Origin: Macrostomum lignano
Lineage: Eukaryota
Direction of reading: 5' to 3'
Assembly (NCBI GenBank): GCA_002269645.1
Contig: NIVC01001024.1
Location: 124,001 to 188,000, forward strand
DNA: 64,000 nucleotides
Part shown: one piece after another, positions 1 through 8,935 of the stretch
Layout of the letters: each line of letters begins with the position of its first letter
Numbering within the stretch: the first letter of the stretch is position 1
Translations under genes and position numbers: made by a program
The notes under the pieces: model-generated
The model's database searches: none
Told to the model about the DNA's origin: nothing
What the model saw: only the letters and a program-made list of their open reading frames with translations

Positions 1-313
1 AAAGTACACAAAATACGAGTACATGCCATAGAAATTGATTATAAAAATTTATTCTTATCTATAACGGATCTATCAGTTTCGAAGAGCGTTAAATGAGAGA
101 TAAAAACAGCATCTACGTGGGGAGTTGTTAAATTGTCTTTAATGTGCAGCAGGGAGCAGGATAAATATTGAATTTGATCAGCCAGAAGCATTGGTAGAAA
201 AAAATGGAATTTAAGCAGTTCTGAAGTTTGCTTAAAATTTTGTTTATTCGATTTTTCGAGGATTTATCGAAATAAAGTAGTAAACTTTTCACTGCTTGTA
301 CAGGTAAAAAACT

Positions 314-1882
314 TCACTTCACTCGAAGAGTGTAGCATTGCGGACCACGGGCGCCACCCGAACTAAAGAACACTTTCCGATGCTTGCTACTCTCTGCCAG
401 CACAAGCCGCAAGTTCTTCATTGAGGTCTCCCAGTCAGCAGCTTGGAGATGTTGGACAAGCGGAGCCTCGCCAAAAATTGGAATCCGCAATCCCCACGTG
501 AATTCGCCAAACGATGCCAAAGAAAGTATTGCGGAATCGTTTTCCCTCAAATTAGACGTGTCACAGCCATATGCACAGTGCCGGTCTTCGGACTGCTCCT
601 CGATGAGCATCTCCGTAATGATGCACACCTTGTAAAGTTTGGAGTCATGATAGACCATCAGCATAAAGTCGTGAACATTAATTAGCGATGACTGGGTCAA
701 ATTATCCAGGAAATCAAGCTGCAGCTGACTTTGCTCTTCTCCAGAGTCCTTGGAAATGGCGAACACCGATGCGGATTCTACCGCCACAAACAGCTTGTCC
801 GAGTTCCCAGTTAAACAGCAAATTTTAGGGTAGTTCACTGTCCAAAGCGCGACTCCGCATAGGTCTGTAGCAGTTACTGAATTTCTCTGAGCTACAAATA
901 GCAGTTGTCGACGACTATCCCATTGAATATCGACGATTGAAGAATCGCTAATGAGTGATAGTGAGGATTGGCCAAAAAGCTCGTTATCGGCTGAGATCAA
1001 TACTGCGTCAAACCATGCGCGATATTCGCTTTCATCTAAAGCTTCAGATAGAAAAGTTATGTCAACTCTAGTGGTATTAATATCAACGAAAATGACCGTC
1101 GGTTCAGGCAGCTCACGGACCCCATCGATTGCCTGACCTCTGACAATTCTGCCAGACTTATCAAGTGCATAGCCTATGGTATTGTCGCACACCACCACTT
1201 TAACTGCATTGCTGCCAGCATCAAAACAGCTGTCGATTGTCAGCTCTGGTAGCGGCAGATTGTCGCTTGACTCAGTTGAGTTCGCTGCGCTAGAAACGTC
1301 AAGGTTATCCAGAATCTGCAGCGTGATTTCTTGTTGAATTTCGATGGCATTTGCAATGCTTTTTATCTGAGCGTTCACGTCCGGGTAGGCAACCATCCGT
1401 ACTTGTTCCGCTGATTCGTCCCAGTGAATCAACTTTGAGTCCAGCTCGATAGTTTCCAAGCATCTTTCGATATCGTTGCTGATTAGAAAGGCTTGCCTCA
1501 TGTCTTTCGATTCCTTGGCCTTGGAAAGGTCATTTTTTAATTCTTCCATCTCGGAGAAAGCCGTCATAGAATTTAAAATGTTCTCATGATGCTTAGTAAT
1601 CTTATCGGTAAGCTCCTTTTGACACTTGTCGAGTGCCTCGCGGAGGTCTTCAAAATTATCTTGAAGAAGTTCCAAGTCAAAAGAGAGCCTCTGCTGCAAC
1701 TTTTGCACTGCTGGCTTAAATCGATTTAATTCTTCGATTTTTTGCCTTACGGAAGCTTCATATTTTTCATACCGTTGAACATCCACCTTAAGGTGCTGAC
1801 TGCATAGAGGCTGGCATGTGCTGGGGGACGGACCCTCCGCTGGTTGCTGGCACATCCGAACGGAACAGTTTGTAGCTTCCAT
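314..1882 (-). CDS. Intronless B-box-like/coiled-coil protein with probable C-terminal beta-propeller (RING-less TRIM/NHL-like)
   Basis: 522-aa ORF. N-terminal C-x4-C-x11-C-x3-C-x2-H (B-box-like), heptad-rich helical region at about aa 30-130, beta-strand-rich C-terminal half. Family call is by eye. Confidence 0.55.
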   Translation of the reverse strand: MEATNCSVRMCQQPAEGPSPSTCQPLCSQHLKVDVQRYEKYEASVRQKIEELNRFKPAVQKLQQRLSFDLELLQDNFEDLREALDKCQKELTDKITKHHENILNSMTAFSEMEELKNDLSKAKESKDMRQAFLISNDIERCLETIELDSKLIHWDESAEQVRMVAYPDVNAQIKSIANAIEIQQEITLQILDNLDVSSAANSTESSDNLPLPELTIDSCFDAGSNAVKVVVCDNTIGYALDKSGRIVRGQAIDGVRELPEPTVIFVDINTTRVDITFLSEALDESEYRAWFDAVLISADNELFGQSSLSLISDSSIVDIQWDSRRQLLFVAQRNSVTATDLCGVALWTVNYPKICCLTGNSDKLFVAVESASVFAISKDSGEEQSQLQLDFLDNLTQSSLINVHDFMLMVYHDSKLYKVCIITEMLIEEQSEDRHCAYGCDTSNLRENDSAILSLASFGEFTWGLRIPIFGEAPLVQHLQAADWETSMKNLRLVLAESSKHRKVFFSSGGARGPQCYTLRVK

Positions 1883-2151
1883 TGAATATCGAATTGAATA
1901 GACAATTAAAGAAAGAGAACTACGGAATAAAAAATAATTTGTTTATTTTCGTTTTCTTTTTCCGTTGCCGGCCCGTTTCCGTTCTTTCCTAGGTTTACGT
2001 AAAATTGTCTGAGTTGCCCGCTCTGTCGCAGTAGAATGGCTTTTATCGCTTATAAGGGTGGAGCGTTGCTCACTGAAAGCTATAGGTACCGTACATTTCT
2101 ATTGCATCCATCGTACCCTACCACCCAAAGGCTGGCTTTAAATGTGCAATA

Positions 2152-2280
2152 AAAATGAATGGCATAGCTTATATACTAACGCACTGTTTCTCTTGGCAGT
2201 TTTTTCTAGCAATGCCTTAGTCATATTTCTAGTCGTATCTCTTCTCTAAGAAATCTCTACTTTCTAAGTGCGTAAACAAA
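2152..2280 (+). repeat. Left copy of 129/127-bp direct repeat bracketing the 2281-13060 block
   Basis: aaaatgaatggcatagc...ctaagtgcgtaaacaaa is identical to 13061-13187 except for a 2-bp TA indel. Confidence 0.95.
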
Positions 2281-2379
2281 TTGGATACGGCTGTTATGTT
2301 ATGGATATTCGGCAGGTCATCCGGGATATTCGGTCCTAAAGCCCTTAGCCGAAGATCCATGTCGTATATAATCATGGAT

Positions 2380-3533
2380 GTTTAATGCGCATTCTAGGGT
2401 TAGAAAGTCCGAGGCTGCATTTGATGGTCTCGAGGCGAGCGAAGCGAGCCGAGGACCATTAAGTGTGACCGAGGACTTTCTACCATAGAATGCGCATTAA
2501 ACTACCGTGATCTTATATGAAATCCGAATTGCTTATTTTTGTAGCTTTCTCTTGAGCCGGGCCGAATGCGGTGCAGCCAGTCGGCAAAGACCCGATTGGG
2601 GGTGTGGGGGCGAAGCCCCCACATTGGAACCATAGACAACTTTTCCATAAATTTAAGACAGTACTAGCTAGACGAAATCCGAATTACTTTCTTTCGTAGC
2701 TTTCTCTTGAACCACACCGCGATGGAAGAAGAATTTGATAGCGACAACTTTTTTAATTTTTTCGATCTAGCCCCTGCTGGAAATGTAGTTCCGCCGCCCC
2801 TCGGAAACGCTAAAACACTGCCGACCAAACCTAGCTCTCGTTTCGGTGAGTTGCTTGATGAGACCGCTTTGGAGCGCAGAATGCTAGAGAGCTCACCTGA
2901 GTCTACACTAGCAAGAGAAAAGTGGGCGATGAATGTGTTCCAGACGTGGAAGGAGAATCGTGTCCAACTGCAAATGCAAGGCCGTCTGTCAGGACTCGCG
3001 GTGATTAAGCCTGTCAAAGAGCTTACAAAGAATGAGATCAACGAACTGTTGCACTTCTTCGTTTTTGAGGTGAGGAAGGAGAATGGCGAAAAATATCCGC
3101 CGGGAACTCTGAAAAACTTGGTATCGATGATCCAACACTTTTACGTGAGCCTGTCGCTTCTGGAGATTCCAGCGCTTCTATTACTGACCACGGTGTCAAG
3201 TCTATCATCATTGATGGAGCTAAAATCGAAATTCAGTTTAAGTGAGTTGGTGAAACGTTTAATGCATTGCCTATTATTGAAAAAACTAAATATGTTTCCT
3301 ATATAACCCTACCAATTGTCCATGGCTTGGCTAGAAAATTGTTTTTTTGTTGCTTCGTTATACAGTATATAATAACAGTTTTTTTGTTGCATCCAAGTAC
3401 ACTGTCTAGTTCTGTTTAGTCTATGGTTCAAAATGCTTTCATTTAGGGACCATCAAATCATTTGATGGTCTCCATTTTGGAGCCCATCAAATTATTTGAT
3501 GTGCCTGGAATTATAGCACTTTAAACCATAGAC
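2380..3533 (+). mobile_element. Internally deleted Crypton-like (tyrosine-recombinase class) DNA transposon remnant; ends approximate
   Basis: Contains a DUF3504/Crypton-type N-terminal ORF, a long imperfect hairpin at 2380-2502, AACCATAGAC/GTCTATGGTT motifs at 2628, 3419 and 3524, and a palindrome GACCATCAAATCATTTGATGGTC near 3448-3470. Confidence 0.6.
2722..3306 (+). pseudogene. Truncated Crypton/DUF3504 (ZMYM/KCTD1/QRICH1-related) recombinase N-terminus
   Basis: Motifs RF..L, STL.REKWAMNVFQTW, ELLHFFVFEVRKENGEKYPPGTLKNLVSMIQHF match the Crypton N-terminal core-binding region. Similarity ends after QHFY and no catalytic domain follows. Confidence 0.75.
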
Positions 3534-3606
3534 TAGGCTTTCCTGGCTCAGAATGAGCCCAATAAATGTCAATAAAATAAGTAATCGGATTTTATAAGGA
3601 TATTCA

Positions 3607-3776
3607 GTTGCCGAATAACCACAGTATGGTTATTCGGTTTCAAGTTTGAGCTATGGTTATTCTGCTTCAAGTTTGAGCTATGGTTATTCTGCTTCAAGTT
3701 TGAGCTATGGTTATTCTGCTTCAAGTTTGAGCTATGGTTATTCTGCTTCAAGTTTGAGCTATGGTTATTCGGCAAC
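3607..3776. repeat. Five 27-bp tandem units inside a 15-bp perfect inverted repeat (MITE-like)
   Basis: Unit ttcaagtttgagctatggttattctgc at 3639-3771; gttgccgaataacca (3607-3621) and tggttattcggcaac (3762-3776). Confidence 0.85.
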
Positions 3777-4100
3777 CAAAGCAGCGGGAATTTCTCCATA
3801 GACTATTCCAAGTAGCACAATTTGAGATGGATGCGTAGCATCTTTTCTTAAGAAGAATATATGTATGTATTCAACGACGCGCGATTTTCTTATATTAATA
3901 GATCCTTTAAAAATAGCATCCTCTTGATTGTCTATGTCTCTATCATCAATCTCACTGTCTTACATGGAGGAGCAGCAGCAGCAGCGGAAGCACTTTTTCT
4001 TTAACATATACCGCCCCCATCCAGCTAGTAGATATGTAACTTATTATTGATGTACTTTATTGTGCAGAAGTGCTATATAGTTGCAGCAGCTCGATCTACA

Positions 4101-6817
4101 ATGGACAACTCATGGTCCTTAGACGACGATGAGCTCAATGAGCTGCTTATTCAAGCTGCTGAAGAAGCAGATCGCGAACTTGCTGCGGCGGCGACGACCA
4201 ATGCTGCTGCCTCTGCTTCTGAGTCCGCTGGTGATGTCGCTGACATCAACGATGACGAACTAGATGCGCTGCTTATTCAGGCGGCCGAAGAAGCGGAAGC
4301 TGATGCCGCTAACGAGAACGATGAGTTGAGCCACCTGCACGATGCTGCTGCTAGGACACCATCAACGGTACCGAAGAGGCGCAGCGCGGCGTCGATCTTG
4401 TTCCGTTCACCACCACCGTCGACGCCAGTCGAGCTTGCAGAGAAACGGAAGCGGCCAACCATCCTTGTCCAAGCCTCGCGTACACCAACGCCGCCGCCAT
4501 CCGTTGCGCAGTTCGGTGACGATGACAGCGACTTCATAGTGATACCAGAGACCCAGCAGGCCGCCGCTTCATCGTCGTCGTCGTCACGCCAACCACCGCC
4601 GTCATCTTCGTCGACGCAACTGCTGCATCCGAGGCCATCGCCCAGCAGCAGCAGCAGCAGCATCATCGTCAACAACGGCGGAGGTGGCGGCGATGGGCCC
4701 GGCGCTGGGTTTATTCAGCCATCTGGCGGCGGTGCAGCAAAACCGGCATTGCTGAGACAGCCGCGCTTTGGCCCGTATGGGATCGGCCCGGCTACTGCCA
4801 GTCGCCGTTTAGCTATGCAGCCGTCTGTCGCCGTTGCTGCGCGGCTGCGCTCGCCGACAACGCCAACGCCATTCCGCGGGCTATTTGCAACCCAGAAGAC
4901 GCCGCCGACCATGCGGATGTCGGCGCCAGCATCGCCAGCGACGATGAGGATGTCAGCGTCAGCTCAAGGGCATCCGCTGCTGAAGCGCGTAGCATCGTCG
5001 TCATCTGCTTCAGCAGCTGCTCAAGTGTCGTCGCCATATTATCCAGCAGGTACGTAGGTTGGTAGCGATGTCCAGCAATTAGATTTGTGTCATAGCTTGT
5101 GACGAATTTTTTCAATATATATATATATATCGCTTTTGCATGACCCAACTCCTCACCTGCATGATCATACAGAGATGGAACGGCGATCGCTGGCTATGGG
5201 CTATGAAATGGCGGCCAGAGCAGCGGATGCTGCTGCCGATGGAGACACGGATGTAGCGCTTTTCCATGAGGTTGGCGGCAGCGGCGGCTGTGACCAAAAA
5301 TTTCAAGCACCGCACCCGTGTAATACGACTGCGTCGTCAAAGAGCACCTGTACCACCTCGCGCCTTCTGTCACCGTTTGTGCCGTTGCATCCAGACGAGA
5401 TGGTGCCAAACGACGTATATCTGGTGGCCAATAACAGCAGACGCAGTCAGCGAGCAATGTCGGTGGTACACCTGCTCTACGTGCGCAACGCGCCACAGAT
5501 GAAGCTTATGCTCAACAGCGCCTGGAGCGGAGATTTCGCGACCCAGTTGGCCATTGGTGAGTGATTAATATGTTTGTTTCTACATGCAGCTATATGTACC
5601 GATTGCTTGACTCTTAAACTAATATTTATATACTTGATCCTGTAACTTAAATTTTGTAATAATCACACAGCCGCCATAACTACGAAACAACAACAACAAC
5701 TACAATAATAATGCAATATGAAGGCCTGGCAGATAACGAATTTGCGCTGACCCCCATCCACATGGCCGATCCGTATGCCCCGACGCCCATTTGCCCAATA
5801 GGGGGTACACGATCGATACTCATATTCATGCGGACAAATGTGCTACATTGCACTGTCGAGCTGATCGACCGGCTGCGAACAATGTTCTCCTCGGGATCCA
5901 GCGCCGATACGTTTGCCGTACACGGTTGGACCCGCGCCGAGATTCGCAGCGTTCGCTCGCCGACTGCTGAAATTCGGCGTGTGACGATGCACGATCCGAC
6001 AGCTGCCGTGACCAACATTGATGACGACAGCCTGTCGCGCATCGTCTTGCTTTATCGCTGGGCAATGTCCTACCCATTAGGGACAATGCAGCCTCGCCCA
6101 GATGATCCGCATCTCGTCTGTGGGAATCCGTTGTTGCTCAAGCAGAATCTCGAATACTTTGCCAGCGTTCAAATGCTGAGACGAATTCGCGCCGAGGAGC
6201 ACGGTGTGAGTTCCGTTCCCAACTGGCTTGTCCGGCCGAGCATATGCGGCGTCTGTCAGATGCTGCCTGTCCAGTGTCTGCAGTCGTCGTCGTCGGCGGC
6301 GGCGGCGGCGGCTTCGGTAGGCAATGTGCGGAGCAACTTGGGCACGCACCGCACCGCGTTGGGTGGCAAGTGCGCCATTCAGAGGAAAATATGCGCCGCA
6401 ATGCGTCAGGCGACAGTCGGTCCGCCGTCCATTATTTACATCTGGGGTCCGAGTGGAGTCGGGAAGTCGGCGATGGTTAGTCTCCATTTCGGCCGGGAGA
6501 CCGTCTTCACTCCAAGCCTCGTCGAGACTTTTATCTACGACGGTCTGCGAGTCGGGCTGCACACCTGTCTGTTTTTTGATGAACTGACTGCAGTGCACGC
6601 CGGCGCGCAGCAGTTGCTGCTTCTTCTCAATCGGGATAAATTCATTATCAACGCCAAGCACAAGGCGCACGTCCTGACCGAGTGGACAGGCCCAATCATT
6701 TTGGCCGGGCATGTTTCTCCGGTAGATTTGCCAATTGATTTCGTCCGCCGCGTCAACTCGGGCGGTCGAAGCATTCATGTGCAGCACAACATTTTCGAGT
6801 GCAGCGGCTGCGATTAG
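4101..6817 (+). CDS. Spliced Rep-like protein with C-terminal superfamily 3 (AAA+) helicase, about 805-827 aa
   Basis: Exons 4101-5049, 5173-5556/5560, 5671/5733-6817. Intron 1 (5050-5172, AG|GTACGT...CATACAG) joins in frame. Walker A GPSGVGKS (6446-6469), Walker B CLFFDE, B-prime INAKHK, motif C PIILAGH, Arg finger FVRRV. Confidence 0.75.
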
Positions 6818-7828
6818 CTAATTGATTGATTAATCGATTCCCACCTCCTCCCTCCACTGATTGACACTTTAAGCGCGAAACTCCTACCACTTCAAATGCA
6901 CTAACTAACCACATCGTACGGTGCCCATCGCAGCACGACTCAACCCCCATTCTACGAGTACCTCCTAACTATAAGAATACCAGCAAAGTTTCGCGCAGCA
7001 AAATAAAAAAAATTACCGATCCCCCTTCTCCTCCTGGTGTGCGGACTAGTGGTAATTCTAGCCGGCCTGTCCACATGCATTGTAGTAGTTGTTGTAGTTG
7101 TTGTTTACAGGCTCTCCATGGTCGATGATAGAGCGGTGCATGCAGTCTAGATAGCTAGCACACGGGTAAAAATGCGTCGAGATTCTGCAGGTGCGGGCAG
7201 AACTTGTTTCTAACGCCTTTGTTTGATCTTGTTGCAGCAACGGCTAAATCAATTGGTTGATTCTGTTGATATTGTTGCTACGGCTGCTGCTGCTGTTGCT
7301 GCTAATTTGTTAGCCATATAGTTCAAGTCGTAAAACTATGCACTATATTCTTAAAGGAAATAGTGCTTGGCACAGTACCCAAATGGTGCGACTTGAGTAG
7401 CTAGCTAGCTAAGCTAACTAACACTATCTAACTTAGCCTTTGTTGTAAATTGGCATAAAAATATTTGAAATTCCAACTTTCAGTAGCACTTTTTCGCTAC
7501 GGTGCCTAGCAATATTTCCTTAAGATGTAGCTATACTAACAAAAATGCTGCATGAGAATTATGGGAATACGCGGAGAGCTAACTAGCGGAGGCAGTTCAG
7601 CTGCAGTTTCACGTTCGCTCGTAATGTTGTTTAGCAATTTATTTTGTTGTTGTTGTTCTTGCATTCGGTTACTGCGGTCTCTGATGTGCGTTTTTTATCT
7701 AGGTTTTTTTACTCTAAATTAGAAGCTATAATTCTCCATGTACTAAAATTTAATACAATAGCTAAGCTCCCCATATGTTTTTGTGACGAAATTTGTTAAC
7801 ACAGACAGATAGCGGATAGGCGCCTATA

Positions 7829-7859
<31 letters not shown>

Positions 7860-7959
7860 CAAGCTATTTGAAATCAATCAAATTTACCGTATATTTCTAT
7901 GGGAAATCAAGCCTTAGCACATCATAGCTTAGCAATGTGCTGCTAATAAATAATATGCT

Positions 7960-8001
7960 TAAGAAATTGTGCTTGGCACTCGTGCCAAGCACAATTTCTT
8001 A
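7960..8001. other. Perfect palindrome with 20-bp arms (putative recombinase-binding or origin site)
   Basis: taagaaattgtgcttggcac-tc-gtgccaagcacaatttctta. Confidence 0.85.
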
Positions 8002-8102
8002 TGTAATAACTTAAATAGGCTCACGCTTACAGCATTGCAGTGCTAGCTTACTTGTCGGCCGCCATTTTTCTACTTTGGCGCGTTGGTGTTTTCTTATAAA
8101 TC

Positions 8103-8283
8103 TGTTTTTGTTGCCACTGGTCGGGTGATATCGATGTTTGCTTTTTAAGGCGTAGTTGTGCTTTGATGTCAGGATGGGGCTAAATTCGTGTTCTCTTATA
8201 CATTTGTTTTTGTTGCCAATGGTCGGGTGATATCGATGCTTGCTTTTTAAGGCGTAGTTGTGCTTTAATGTCAAGATGGGGCT
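8103..8283. repeat. Two ~79-bp direct copies at 102-bp period in the element intergenic region
   Basis: tgtttttgttgcca...gatggggct at 8103-8181 and 8205-8283, with few mismatches. Confidence 0.85.
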
Positions 8284-8842
8284 CTTTTTATAAACCTTTC
8301 AATCGATCACCTACTACTCCAACTTTTTGAACTAAAGCCCATTAACTAAATTTCCCCTAATCTACAATATTTATCATATATTTTGGCATCGTTTTTTGCC
8401 TGCATACTGGCTACTATTTAATTCATTGATTGCAGCCAATATACCATCTTTTTGCTTCTTATACCATCTTACAGGCGTGGCTTGTGTTTTCCCTGTCATT
8501 TTGTCGCTTAGATGTACTTGCAGGCTAGAGAGATTTAAGACAATATCGATCTGGGCAGGGGAGGGGGAGTTAACAGCTAGCATTCTTCGTATAATACGGT
8601 GGCTTCTTTTAGTCTATGGCCTCAACTCCTTACTATGAAGAAGTGCTTCCCCTTTTATCGATTACCAAATTCAACAGTAGAGTCTCTGTTATTTGCTATA
8701 GTCTATGGCCTTAACTCTAAACTGTCTGCAGTGCTTCCCCTTTTATTGGAGAACAAGTTAACAGCAGCAGCTCGTATCCAAATGAATAGGCAGTGCAATT
8801 TCAAGACTTTGTGATCTTCTGGAATTAACAATTTCCTTCAAC

Positions 8843-8899
8843 ATGCTTTTTGGCAGTTTTCTTCACATGCTACTGGGTGGAGACGATCAGTCACAACAA

Positions 8900-8935
<36 letters not shown>

